A stretch of 64,000 nt of DNA from Gammaproteobacteria bacterium (GCA_021773395.1 JAJFKB010000004.1:26087-90086), one strand, 5' to 3'; counted from the first letter of the stretch, positions 8,564-18,066 are shown. The notes: generated by a model from the letters alone, not told the origin. Numbers and translations are program-made.

Positions 8564-8777
8564 TATTAGGCCCAGCATCCTGTTCGCGATTCTGCCCGAC
8601 AGAATTCGTACAGAACACCAAGCCAGAGTATTCAGAGTGCATTGGCAAGTTGCCGGTGTCATCAAAAATAGCTCGTAAGCAGACTCAGAACTACTTTACC
8701 CAGACAATGGAAGCTATATAATAGCGCCCGCTTTAATACCATTATTTTTTGGGCCTAGCCCCCAAAGGATCATAACC

Positions 8778-10064
8778 TTGCAACTCGAAAACGCCAGCAC
8801 AGAACAGCTCGAGCAATGGGAAACCGAACTCGCTGAACAGTACCAGGGATTTCTTGGACAAAACCTGAAACTTGACCTGACAAGGGGAAAACCCTCGGCA
8901 CAACAACTGGATTTGTCCGATGCTCTGGATGGCATGCTTGGCGGGAACTACCAATCTAAGGACGGTACCGATACACGCAATTATGGTGGCCTTGAGGGTA
9001 TCGCAGAAGCCAGGGATTTGGGAGCCGCCATTTTAGGCGTCAGCGCCAATGAAGTTCTGGCGGGAGGTAATAGCAGTCTCACACTGATGCACCAGGCGGT
9101 AACTTTTGCTTATCTCTATGGCCCGTGTGCCGCAGGGTCTGCATGGAAAGACGAGAATGACATTAAATTCCTCTGCCCTGTGCCCGGATATGACCGCCAT
9201 TTCACAATCTGTGAAGATCTGGATATCGAGATGATCCCTGTGACAATGACCGACCAGGGTCCAAATATGGATCAGGTCGAATCGCTGATCAAATCGGATA
9301 GTTCGATCAAAGGCATCTGGTGTGTACCTAAATACTCTAACCCCACCGGCGTCATTTACAGCAATAACACTGTGAACCGTATGGCCAAGCTAGGAAAAAT
9401 AGCCGCCAAAAATTTCCGTATCTTCTGGGATAATGCCTATGCCGTGCATGACCTGGTCGACACTCCAAAACCTCTGGCCAATATTATGGACGCATGCCGG
9501 AACGAAGGCACAGAAGATAGCGTGCTGCAATTTGCATCGACCTCAAAGATTACACACGCTGGCTCTGGAATTGCATTTTTGGCAGCCTCCGAAAACAATT
9601 TGAACGCGTTTAAAAAACGCCTGGGCACTGCCACCATTGGTCCGGACAAGGTCAATCAGTTACGACACATGCGCCTGATTCCAGACGGTGACGCATTACG
9701 TGTACATATGGAAAAACATGCGGAATTGCTAAAGCCACGCTTTGCATCGGTGTTAAATCACTTGGATCAACACTTTGCTAACAGCAATCTTGGACAGTGG
9801 CAGCGTCCTGAAGGTGGGTATTTTGTTTCATTCAACACCCTGCCCGGTTTAGCGCAGGAAGTGGTTAAATTGGCAGGAGATTTAGGGGTAAAACTGACAC
9901 CGGCAGGCGCCACATTTCCCTATGGCAAAGACCCGGACGATCAGAATATTCGCCTCGCCCCCTCCTTTCCCAGCGTCGAAGAGGTTGATGCAACCATGCA
10001 GGCATTTGTGGTCTGCGTTAAGTTAGCGTCAGTGAGACAAAAATTGCAACAACTAAACGGCTAG
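8778..10064 (+). CDS. PLP-dependent aminotransferase (Asp_aminotransf / class I-II-like family)
   Basis: 428 aa. N-terminal LDLTRGKPSAQQLDLS; FWDNAYAVH; candidate PLP-lysine region ASTSKITHAGSGIAF. TTG start. Confidence 0.75.
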   Translation: MQLENASTEQLEQWETELAEQYQGFLGQNLKLDLTRGKPSAQQLDLSDALDGMLGGNYQSKDGTDTRNYGGLEGIAEARDLGAAILGVSANEVLAGGNSSLTLMHQAVTFAYLYGPCAAGSAWKDENDIKFLCPVPGYDRHFTICEDLDIEMIPVTMTDQGPNMDQVESLIKSDSSIKGIWCVPKYSNPTGVIYSNNTVNRMAKLGKIAAKNFRIFWDNAYAVHDLVDTPKPLANIMDACRNEGTEDSVLQFASTSKITHAGSGIAFLAASENNLNAFKKRLGTATIGPDKVNQLRHMRLIPDGDALRVHMEKHAELLKPRFASVLNHLDQHFANSNLGQWQRPEGGYFVSFNTLPGLAQEVVKLAGDLGVKLTPAGATFPYGKDPDDQNIRLAPSFPSVEEVDATMQAFVVCVKLASVRQKLQQLNG

Positions 10065-10199
10065 ACAACTAAAAAACTATACACATACCGGATTTTTCAT
10101 CTTGAAGCGTGAATGTGGCGGAGTCTTCTGGCAAGAAGGCTTCGCTACATTTCCCAAGGCACTGTATCAACATACAACTTCAATACTAGCCATCGCAGG

Positions 10200-10958
10200 T
10201 TAGGCAAACAGCGCAATCAAGCTAACCACAAGCGTCATCAGAAACAAAAACCATTTTAATGCCATTGGACTCACATTGACGGCCACCTTTACGCTGTAGT
10301 GTGCCCCCACCATCATGCCCACAGCCAACACCAGCCCCGGCAACCAGCTAATCTGCCCGCGCCAAATAAACACTACTAACGCAGCCATAGTAAATGCCAG
10401 GACACAGAGCATCTTAAATGCATTGGTTCTTACCAGATCGTAGCGTAACGTCCCTGCTATCGCTCCGATCAGCAAAAACCCCACCCCAGCATGCACAAAT
10501 CCACCGTAAAGCCCGGCGGCAAACAACCCGAACCAGGCCGAAGGCTTATCCTTAAGTTTTGCAACGGGAGTTCCCGGCGGCGGCACAACCACAGATGGCC
10601 GCACCAGAATAATCAAAGCCATACTGACCATAACGCCAAGCAGCACCGGTTTCAGGTAGAGGTTGGGCAGAAAAGATGCAATAAGGGCCCCGATTAACCC
10701 TCCGATCACTGTGATAGCGACAATTGATAGTGAGTCTGGTGACGCCACCTCCACACCCTCGCGACGAAAACCGAACGTAGCGACCACGGAGTGCAGTGCC
10801 ACCCCCACCCGATTAGTCCCGTTGGCAATGTCCGCAGGCATACCCATAATCATCAGCGCCGGAATCGTCAGGCTCGATCCTCCACCTGCAAGCGTATTAA
10901 CAAATCCGGCCAGTAGTCCGGTGAACACCAGTAGCAGATAATATAGGATCGGATCCAT
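10200..10958 (-). CDS. TauE/SafE (DUF81) family anion exporter
   Basis: 252 aa with about 8 TM segments. N-terminal GFVNTLAGGGSSLTIPAL and the internal duplicate GGFVHAGVGFLLI are typical of TauE/SafE. Confidence 0.8.
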   Translation of the reverse strand: MDPILYYLLLVFTGLLAGFVNTLAGGGSSLTIPALMIMGMPADIANGTNRVGVALHSVVATFGFRREGVEVASPDSLSIVAITVIGGLIGALIASFLPNLYLKPVLLGVMVSMALIILVRPSVVVPPPGTPVAKLKDKPSAWFGLFAAGLYGGFVHAGVGFLLIGAIAGTLRYDLVRTNAFKMLCVLAFTMAALVVFIWRGQISWLPGLVLAVGMMVGAHYSVKVAVNVSPMALKWFLFLMTLVVSLIALFA

Positions 10959-11053
10959 GGTTTTTCATTCCTAAACTAACGAACAGCTGGATTTCCGGGC
11001 CAGCCTCAAATAAAGTCGATCTCAAGTTAAGCAAGAGGCGGATCATATCAGCA

Positions 11054-11824
11054 ATGAGTATGAAACTGAATTTTATACACCAGGGTGAGGGCCATCCGGT
11101 AATCCTGCTCCATGGCCTGTTTGGCTCCCTGCGAAACCTCAGCCAGGTGAGCAAAAGTCTGGCAGATGAGTTTTCGGTTTACCTCTTGGATCAGCGCAAT
11201 CATGGTGCCTCCCCGCACAGTGACCAGATGAATTTCAGGCATATGGCCGAAGATGTACTTCACTTTATGGATTCGCAAAATATCGCCAGAGCACATCTGC
11301 TAGGTCACTCCATGGGCGGAAAAACTGCCATGCAGATCGCCCTCAACCATGCAAACCGGGTAAACCGACTTGTAGTCGCCGATATCGCCCCGGTGAGCTA
11401 CACCCGACGGCATGACCCGGTCATCGACGGCCTGACTAAAGTAAACAACGCTCGACTCACATCCAGGCGTGACGCCGACCAACTGCTATCCCAATATTTA
11501 CTCGAACCGGAAGTGCGTGCCTTTCTGCTGAAAAGCCTTACTCGGAATGAAACTGGATATTTTCAGCTAAAATTCAATCTGGTCTCAATTGCGAACAACT
11601 ACGAACAGCTTATTCAAGGGCCTGATGGTACACCTTTTGATGGCCCGACGCTGTTTATCAAAGGCGCCGAATCTCCCTATATTCAGGAGAAGCATCGCGA
11701 CATTACACTTAGGTTATTTCCGAACACCCAGCTGAAGATTATTGCCGGGACCGGTCACTGGCTTCACGCCGAGAAACCGGCCATATTCAATCGTCTTGTA
11801 TCTGAATTCCTTAAAAACGACTAA
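11054..11824 (+). CDS. alpha/beta hydrolase, YbfF-like esterase
   Basis: 256 aa. HGLFGS oxyanion region, nucleophile elbow GHSMGG, C-terminal GHWLHAEKP. Confidence 0.8.
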   Translation: MSMKLNFIHQGEGHPVILLHGLFGSLRNLSQVSKSLADEFSVYLLDQRNHGASPHSDQMNFRHMAEDVLHFMDSQNIARAHLLGHSMGGKTAMQIALNHANRVNRLVVADIAPVSYTRRHDPVIDGLTKVNNARLTSRRDADQLLSQYLLEPEVRAFLLKSLTRNETGYFQLKFNLVSIANNYEQLIQGPDGTPFDGPTLFIKGAESPYIQEKHRDITLRLFPNTQLKIIAGTGHWLHAEKPAIFNRLVSEFLKND

Positions 11825-11928
11825 CAGAAAACCCGGTATCTCACGTCCTCGAATACCACGGCAGAATCACCAACCGGAACCCAGCTCAAGCAAATCAGCC
11901 AAAACCCGGATAAGGAGCGAAAAGCGCC

Positions 11929-11956
11929 TTGACAGCGATCAGCATCCAGATACAAT
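11929..11956 (+). promoter_or_regulatory. candidate sigma-70 promoter (distal) upstream of the tRNA cluster
   Basis: TTGACA (11929-11934), 16-nt spacer, TACAAT (11951-11956). No credible CDS follows; the next feature is tRNA-Gly at 12133. Confidence 0.35.
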
Positions 11957-12097
11957 AGCGATCCTCTTTTGTTGCTCCGGTTAGTATTCGAGTAACCCAA
12001 AGAGCGCGCTGTTGACACAGCACAAACGGCAGAAGCAGTGATTGCCAACTGGGAAGAGTACCTATAAAAAAACGGGCTCTAACAACCCAGGATGTTT

Positions 12098-12127
12098 TTG
12101 AAACCATCTAAAACGATTCAATAAGAT
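12098..12127 (+). promoter_or_regulatory. candidate sigma-70 promoter (proximal) for tRNA Gly-Cys-Leu
   Basis: TTGAAA (12098-12103), 18-nt spacer, TAAGAT (12122-12127). This places the transcription start a few nt before the mature tRNA-Gly 5' end. Confidence 0.35.
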
Positions 12128-12132
12128 TAAGC

Positions 12133-12208
12133 GCGGGAATAGCTCAGTTGGTAGAGCACAACCTTGCCAAGGTTGGGGTCGCGAGTTCGAATCTCGTTTC
12201 CCGCTCCA
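12133..12208 (+). tRNA. tRNA-Gly (anticodon GCC)
   Basis: GCGGGAATAGCTCAGTTGGTAGAGCACAACCTTGCCAAGGTTGGGGTCGCGAGTTCGAATCTCGTTTCCCGCTCCA. Nearly identical to E. coli tRNA-Gly(GCC). Confidence 0.95.
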
Positions 12209-12246
12209 AATTTGTACCAGATTTACCTCTGGTTAAACAGGTAAAA

Positions 12247-12320
12247 GGCGCGGTAGCAAAGTGGTTATGCAGCTGACTGCAACTCAGTCTACGCCGGTTC
12301 GATTCCGACCCGCGCCTCCA
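12247..12320 (+). tRNA. tRNA-Cys (anticodon GCA)
   Basis: 74 nt: GGCGCGG...CTGCAAC anticodon loop...GGTTCGATTCC...CCGCGCCTCCA. Acceptor stem GGCGCGG/CCGCGCC. One C-A mismatch in the T stem. Confidence 0.9.
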
Positions 12321-12368
12321 TTTTCTGGAACTTGGGAGTCAACTTCCAACCCTAAAAAGCCCCCAAAT

Positions 12369-12456
12369 GCCCGGGTGGCGAAATTGGTAGACGCAAGGGA
12401 CTTAAAATCCCTCGGTATTTGATACCGTGCCGGTTCGATTCCGGCCCCGGGCACCA
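12369..12456 (+). tRNA. tRNA-Leu (anticodon UAA)
   Basis: 88 nt: GCCCGGGTGGCGAAATTGGTAGACGC..., anticodon loop CTTAAAA, long variable arm, GGTTCGATTCC, GGGCACCA. Confidence 0.93.
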
Positions 12457-12464
12457 TATCAACC

Positions 12465-13331
12465 CTATCCACAACCACTGGATTCAGAACCCCCAGTCAA
12501 CGAATAAAGCCACTCAATCTCCTCCTCCCAGCGGCTGCTGTCGATCGTTTCCAACACCAGGGGCATATTATCGAAGCGCGGATCACCCATTATGTGGATA
12601 AATACACTCTGTCCCAATTCACCCATGTCGAGACTATGATGTCGGTCCACGCGGCTACCAAATTGAGATTTGCTGCCATTTAGGTGCATACCCTTCAGGT
12701 ATTGAAAACCGACCACCTGATCAAACTCTTCAAAGGTAGCACGACTACTCGCTTCACTACGCAGATCGTATCCGGCGGCGAAGGTGTGGCAGGTATCCAG
12801 ACAAACGCCAACTCGATTCTTGTCCTCCACTTCTTCGATAATCGCGGCCAACTGTTCAAAACGGTAGCCCAGATTGGTACCTTGCCCCGCTGTGTTTTCG
12901 ATCACCGCCGTGACGCTGTCGGTTTGCTGAAGGGCAATATTAATTGACTCGGCGATCAGCGACAGGCAGTCCGCTTCACTGATCTTTTTAAGATGACTAC
13001 CGGGATGAAAATTCAGAAGTTGCAGCCCCAACTGTTCGCAACGCTGCATCTCATCGAGAAAAGCCGCGCGGGATTTCTCCAACCCTTCCTGCTCCGGGTG
13101 CCCCAGATTAATCAGGTAGCTGTCGTGTGGCAGTATATGCTCAAGAGCGATACCTACGTCCTTACAATTGCTTTTAAAACTGACTATGCTTTCTTCACTC
13201 AGGGGTTTAGCGTCCCAGCGGCGCTGGTTTTTGGTAAACAGCGCAAAGGCCCGCGCTCCTATTTTGGCGGCATTTAGCGGGGCGTTTTCGACACCGCCAC
13301 CCGCAGACACATGCGCTCCGATATATTTCAT
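12465..13331 (-). CDS. nfo: endonuclease IV (AP endonuclease)
   Basis: 288 aa, colinear with E. coli Nfo ([67 protein letters not shown]). Confidence 0.95.
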   Translation of the reverse strand: MKYIGAHVSAGGGVENAPLNAAKIGARAFALFTKNQRRWDAKPLSEESIVSFKSNCKDVGIALEHILPHDSYLINLGHPEQEGLEKSRAAFLDEMQRCEQLGLQLLNFHPGSHLKKISEADCLSLIAESINIALQQTDSVTAVIENTAGQGTNLGYRFEQLAAIIEEVEDKNRVGVCLDTCHTFAAGYDLRSEASSRATFEEFDQVVGFQYLKGMHLNGSKSQFGSRVDRHHSLDMGELGQSVFIHIMGDPRFDNMPLVLETIDSSRWEEEIEWLYSLTGGSESSGCG

Positions 13332-13667
13332 AGTACAGATTTCCGACCTCTTGAATGTTGGAAGGCTATCTTACCAGCTCAGCTTTCTGGTCACTATATG
13401 CAAGAGACATCCTTGTATCGTGATGTTCAATCATCGTTATAGCAGTTGCGAGGTACATTTATTTGATTAAACATTAATTCACTCTCCTTCGCGCTAACAG
13501 AATCCGATTGCTTTATTTTAACGATTAACCAAGAAAAAAGGGGCGTAGCGAATGACACTGCCTTAAGCTAATTCAACTACCAAATCTCTTCTACATGGGG
13601 AACACCCAAGAGCATAATAAAAGGCTTGGATTAGGGCGCGGCTTAAAGGCTCTGTACCGGGCTATTT

Positions 13668-13711
13668 CCACCCTCACCCCAACCCTCTCCCTCCAGCGGG
13701 AGAGGGAGCTA
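13668..13711. repeat. REP-like imperfect palindrome (CCCTCACCCCAACCCTCTCCC-N-GGGAGAGGG)
   Basis: Read directly. Related units occur at 38483-38650 and 52606-52756. Confidence 0.7.
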
Positions 13712-13816
13712 GTGCTTAAAGCAGCGCCATTCGGGACGCAACTATTTTAAATATACAGGAGGTATTAAGCAAAGGAGCTCACATTGTGCCGAGCTCCGAA
13801 TAAGCCAATTGAATTA

Positions 13817-14089
13817 TCAGGGGTGGCGGTTTTGCTCGATGTCTTTGGCAAGCCAAGCCTTGATCAAAGACTGATAAGGTATGTCTCGTTTATTCGCTTC
13901 GATCTTGATGCGGTCTAACAACGATTCTGGCAATCTGAGTGAGATCGTCTTGGTAGAAGGCTTCAGATTTGGTAAAGAAACTTGCTGGGCCTGTTTCCAA
14001 TCTAGATATTCACTGGAATCATGGCTCTCCCAAAAAGCACGCTCTTGTGCTTCGGTTTTGAATTTGGGGATCTTTTTAACCTTGCTCAT
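13817..14089 (-). CDS. brnA: BrnA-family antitoxin (CopG/RHH-like)
   Basis: Sequence: KIPKFKTEAQERAFWESHDSSEYLDW...TISLRLPESLLDRIKIEANKRDIPYQSLIKAWL. Start taken at ATG 14089 (MSKVKK); the longer track ORF starts at 14119. Overlaps the brnT 3' end by 14 nt. Confidence 0.85.
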   Translation of the reverse strand: MSKVKKIPKFKTEAQERAFWESHDSSEYLDWKQAQQVSLPNLKPSTKTISLRLPESLLDRIKIEANKRDIPYQSLIKAWLAKDIEQNRHP

Positions 14090-14375
14090 AAACAACTCTC
14101 TCTTTGCGATGCATATCACGAGCAGAAATTACTCGAATCAGCGTATCGGCAGCCCTCAGGGTAAACGTGATATGCAGCAGCCGAATATCATCAGTTCGAC
14201 CGAGGGCGTGGTAACGCGATTCTTTTTTGCTATGTTTCTCATCATTCACAACCAGAAGCGGTTGATTGAAGAAAACCTGCTCTGTTTCAGACTGGGTGAC
14301 ATCATGCTTCTCCGCATTCTTACGGGAATTTCCCTGATCCCAGTCAAAACCAGTCACCTGCGTCCAATCAATCAT
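14076..14375 (-). CDS. brnT: BrnT-family ribonuclease toxin (DUF497)
   Basis: 99 aa. FDWDQGNSRKNAEKHDVTQSETEQVF..., ESRYHALGRT..., LIRVISARDMHRKE. Confidence 0.85.
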   Translation of the reverse strand: MIDWTQVTGFDWDQGNSRKNAEKHDVTQSETEQVFFNQPLLVVNDEKHSKKESRYHALGRTDDIRLLHITFTLRAADTLIRVISARDMHRKERVVYEQG

Positions 14376-14409
14376 TTTTGTATATTACCATAATATACAA
14401 AAATGACAA
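14375..14409 (-). promoter_or_regulatory. brnTA promoter/operator: 13-bp perfect inverted repeat overlapping -35/-10 hexamers that abut the start codon
   Basis: Plus strand 14375-14403 reads tttttgtatatta-cca-taatatacaaaaa. On the minus strand this gives TTGTCA (14409-14404), a 16-nt spacer, TAATAT (14387-14382), then 6 nt to the ATG at 14375. No Shine-Dalgarno sequence is present. Confidence 0.45.
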
Positions 14410-14664
14410 ATGAGGATAACTCAAATAGACCAAAGGTAAGGCCTGGGACATGCAAAATGAACAGGCTAAAAATGGGCGTTATGCCCTGCGAGCAGTTTCA
14501 GCAATGTATCGTCAGTGGTAATAGCGAGAGGTCGTTATACTGCTTTTCGGGGTAGCAGCTCATACATTTATAATTTTCTGCTTTATCAAAGCGTTGAGAG
14601 CTTATGTCGATATTTTGATGAGGCATTAGCGAATCCTACAAAACCCGCCCTGCCCGGCCTGCTG

Positions 14665-15522
14665 CTAATGTTCTTCCCGGGCCTCTTTAAGACGCTCTTG
14701 CTTTGCCTGCTCTTCTTGCATCACAGCTTTGATCTCCTCTAATACGGCTTCGACATCGGCGCTATCCGAATTGCCTGCAAATTGTCCGCTCAATACAGTT
14801 TCAGGGGTTAATTCGCCCTCTTCATAAAGTGCCCACATCTCTCCGGCGTAGTTTGTTTCTGTCAGCTCCGGTGCAAATTCTGCATAGTAGCGAGTCATAT
14901 TGTTTACGTCCCTAGCCAACATGGCATGGGCGTTGTTATTGGCTGCGGCGTCTACAGCCTGCGGCAAGTCGATAATGACGGGACCATATTCATCAAGCAG
15001 GACGTTAAATTCCGATAGATCGCCATGTATTAGCCCGGCACAAAGCATCAATTTAATGTAGTGCATCATTACGGCGTGATCTTCAAGTGCCTGCTGCGGC
15101 GATAACATGACGTCATCAAGCCTTGGCGCAACCTCGCCGGCACCATCGGTGATGAGTTTCATCAATAGTACGCCATCGATACAACCAAAAGTTTCAGGTA
15201 CCCGCACCCCGGCATGAAATAAACGGGACAAGGCGTCGACTTCTGCGTTTTGCCAAATCTCCTCTTGCTGCTTACGGCCATAGGATGAGCGTTTTTCCAT
15301 GGCGCGAGTCCGGCGACCGCTGCGCACTTTGCGACCCTCCCGGTATTGTGCAGCTTTTTTAAAACTACGTTTTACCGCGTCTTTGTAGACTTTGGCACAA
15401 CGTATCTCTCCGGCACATATGACGATATAAATATCAGCCTCTTTACCGCTCATCAGTCGGCTAGTGACGCTGTCTATCAGACCATCAGCCACCAATGGCT
15501 GAAGTCGCTTTGGTACTTTCAT
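14665..15522 (-). CDS. RIO1-family serine protein kinase
   Basis: 285 aa. LMSGKEADIYIV (P-loop-like), AKVYKD (Lys), LIHGDLSEFNVL (catalytic loop), IIDLPQAV (metal-binding Asp). Confidence 0.85.
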   Translation of the reverse strand: MKVPKRLQPLVADGLIDSVTSRLMSGKEADIYIVICAGEIRCAKVYKDAVKRSFKKAAQYREGRKVRSGRRTRAMEKRSSYGRKQQEEIWQNAEVDALSRLFHAGVRVPETFGCIDGVLLMKLITDGAGEVAPRLDDVMLSPQQALEDHAVMMHYIKLMLCAGLIHGDLSEFNVLLDEYGPVIIDLPQAVDAAANNNAHAMLARDVNNMTRYYAEFAPELTETNYAGEMWALYEEGELTPETVLSGQFAGNSDSADVEAVLEEIKAVMQEEQAKQERLKEAREEH

Positions 15523-15618
15523 GACAACCTTTCAGGTAACGAATTAAGGCATCCACAGTGGATGTCCAATAAAGGCGAGCGATTCTACCACTTTTTAGGG
15601 GTTTTTATTTTTTACTTA

Positions 15619-15799
15619 GAGATCTTTGCATAATGTAGCGAGTGACGGTAAGGCAAGGAAAAAATGGCCAACCACATCTCGGTGACAATCTGTCACTGAG
15701 GCGATGTTAGATCAAAGCCAATTTGCATAAGGGCTTAAGAGCCATTTTAGGCGCACTGGTGAAATATTCGGGCTCGCGTAGTTGCTATGCAAAGGTCTC
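15619..15799. mobile_element. MITE-like element, copy A (imperfect terminal inverted repeats GAGAyCTTTGCATAA)
   Basis: Left end gagatctttgcataatgtagcgagtgacggtaag; right end ...cgcgtagttgctatgcaaaggtctc. The same ends occur at 36236-36374. No ORF. The element abuts the stop codon of the 15800..16183 gene. Confidence 0.6.
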
Positions 15800-16183
15800 T
15801 TAATGTAATTCACTGGTATTGCTGTAGCCATCCTCTTGAATCAATTTTCTGGCTTTTTCAAGATCAAGCTCTTCAATTGGTGAGGCCAGGTAATAGGGCA
15901 ACGTTACAGCATTTTCACTCAGCTTGATAAGACTGCCATCCTCCAGTCGTTCGATCGCGGAATACAGGGTTTGCTCTAAATTAGATGGCGGCTGATGGTA
16001 CTTACTGCTCAAGTAGTCCATCAACTCCTGGATCGTATGTTGGCCGTCCGCAAGCGATACCACGATACCCAACCATTCATCCAATGGCGTGACATTCTCT
16101 GTTTGATTGATGTCCGCCAGGGCTACCTGGTTATTATTACGGGTAAATACGATGGTACGATAAAAATATTGTTTGTTATCCAT
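15800..16183 (-). CDS. hypothetical protein with a PqqD/RRE-like pattern
   Basis: 127 aa. The pattern (TPLDEWLGIVVSLADGQHTIQELMDYLSSKY...LEQTLYSAIERLEDGSLIKL) resembles the helix-rich half of PqqD-like winged-helix domains. Similarity judged by eye only. Confidence 0.45.
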   Translation of the reverse strand: MDNKQYFYRTIVFTRNNNQVALADINQTENVTPLDEWLGIVVSLADGQHTIQELMDYLSSKYHQPPSNLEQTLYSAIERLEDGSLIKLSENAVTLPYYLASPIEELDLEKARKLIQEDGYSNTSELH

Positions 16184-16345
16184 AGGAAGTCCTATTGGGA
16201 TATTAAATTGAAATTTATACAGGCTCGCTATCTGTTGCGTGAAACTGGCAACACGAACGGTTACGGTTTCAGCCGTTCGACCAAAGGCGTGTCATACGAT
16301 TCCTACTCTACCTATCATCACTCAAAACGCTCCAATATCTGTGAT

Positions 16346-17893
16346 TTAGTCTCCTAGCCAGCTGATTCGGTATAGATCACGGCGCCTATCCAGATAATTC
16401 CTTACTGAACCCTCATTTCGGAACTTGCTCAGCTTTTCTATATCAAGATCGACAATCAAAGTCATCTCTGTGTTCGGCGTAGTTTCGGCCATTATCGCAT
16501 CATGGGGGAACGCAAAGTCAGAGGGCGAAAACACCGCAGATTGTGCATATTGAATATCTGCCCCATCCACTTTTGGCAAATTACCGACACTACCTGCTAT
16601 AACAACATAACACTCATTCTCTATCGCACGTGCATGAGCACAGCAGCGTACTCTGAGGTAAGCGTTTTTAGTATCCGTCCAAAACGGCACGAACAACACT
16701 TGCATCCCTTCTTCAGACTGCAATCGTGCAAGCTCTGGGAATTCGACATCGTAACAGATTAAAATACCGATCTTCCCAAAATCCGTATCGAAAACACTGA
16801 GATCACTGCCGCCTTGCATAATCCAGGCACGCTTTTCATGAGGTGTTGGGTGAAGCTTATATTGCGACTCCACGGTGCCATCACGGCGACAGAAATAGGC
16901 TATGTTATACAACTCGTTATTTTCTATAACCGGGATAGAACCAGCTATAATATTGATGTTATAACTAATAGCCAGCTTTGATATTGCTTCGATAATTTCT
17001 TCTGAAAATTCAGCCAGTGCCCTAATCGCATCAATAGAACTTTGGTGCGCTTCCAAGCCCATTAAAGGCGCATTAAACAATTCCGGGAAAAGCGCCAGAT
17101 CGCATTGATAGTCGGACAATGCATCGACAAAAAACTCCACCTGTTGAATTAGCTCATCAATGGATTTAAGTGGTCGCATCTGCCACTGCACACAGCCAAT
17201 TCTCGCAGAGGTTCTTGGCGCCCCAATTAAAGGGGATTTTTGCTTATCGTAATATAAATTGGTCCATTCCAGGAGTGTGGCGTAACCTTTGGATTCATTG
17301 TCTTCCGGCAGATAGCCCTTGAGTACACGCTTAACTTCGAAGTCATTTGACAGCTGAAAGGTGAGGATGGGATCAAATATCTCTTTCTTTTTGACGAGCT
17401 CAATATATTTTTGAGGTGATATTTCTTTGGCATAATCCTGATAGTTAGGTATTCGCCCACCCGCAACAATAGATTTAAGGTTTAAACTCTGACAAAGCTC
17501 TTTCCGAGCCTCGTACAGTCGTCTTCCCAGACGCATGCCACGGTAATCAGGGCCTACGAAAACATCAACGCCATACAAAACATCGCCCATTGGATCATGG
17601 GTCGTCAGGTAAGCATCGCCAGTAATTTGATCATACGTATGATGATCTCCGAACTTGTCATAATCGACAACCAACGAAAATGCTGCGGCTACCACTTTTC
17701 CGTGATCTTCAATACAAATTTGCCCCTCAGGAAAGGCTGCTAATTGCGCACGAAATTTTTTCTCCGGCCAAGCGCCTCCCAAACTTGGATACACCAAGTC
17801 CATAATTTTCTTTAGGTCTGGATAATCATCCAGCTTCAAGCTTCTTAGATTCAGCTTATGCTCAGAATCATCGGTATCAATATGGTCACTCAT
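16346..17893 (-). CDS. bifunctional GNAT N-acetyltransferase / carbon-nitrogen hydrolase (nitrilase superfamily) protein
   Basis: 515 aa. N-terminal GNAT motif A VFVGPDYRGMRLGRRLY. The C-terminal CN-hydrolase E-K-C triad context is LALFPELF ... HPTPHEKR ... ILICYDVEFPE. Confidence 0.85.
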   Translation of the reverse strand: MSDHIDTDDSEHKLNLRSLKLDDYPDLKKIMDLVYPSLGGAWPEKKFRAQLAAFPEGQICIEDHGKVVAAAFSLVVDYDKFGDHHTYDQITGDAYLTTHDPMGDVLYGVDVFVGPDYRGMRLGRRLYEARKELCQSLNLKSIVAGGRIPNYQDYAKEISPQKYIELVKKKEIFDPILTFQLSNDFEVKRVLKGYLPEDNESKGYATLLEWTNLYYDKQKSPLIGAPRTSARIGCVQWQMRPLKSIDELIQQVEFFVDALSDYQCDLALFPELFNAPLMGLEAHQSSIDAIRALAEFSEEIIEAISKLAISYNINIIAGSIPVIENNELYNIAYFCRRDGTVESQYKLHPTPHEKRAWIMQGGSDLSVFDTDFGKIGILICYDVEFPELARLQSEEGMQVLFVPFWTDTKNAYLRVRCCAHARAIENECYVVIAGSVGNLPKVDGADIQYAQSAVFSPSDFAFPHDAIMAETTPNTEMTLIVDLDIEKLSKFRNEGSVRNYLDRRRDLYRISWLGD

Positions 17894-18066
17894 AAGTAGG
17901 TCAAACTCTCTATAAAAGTTTAATTCAGAAAAAGCATCACTCTAGTGAATCGGAATTAAAATAACGCCTTAATAAGATTAAGGCCGCCCCGGTCAGTCAT
18001 GTTAGCCAGACTAATATAATTTACTTGCAATAACTTATGAATTCACTAAATATAATTAAAATGCAC

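Noticed and set aside
11742-11984. 80-aa ORF bridging the esterase 3' end and the tRNA promoter region
   Set aside because: It is in an alternative frame of the esterase gene, continues into a promoter-like region, and has proline/arginine-rich low-complexity sequence.
12419-12601. 60-aa ORF overlapping tRNA-Leu and the nfo 3' end
   Set aside because: It overlaps a well-supported tRNA and is antisense to nfo, so it is spurious.
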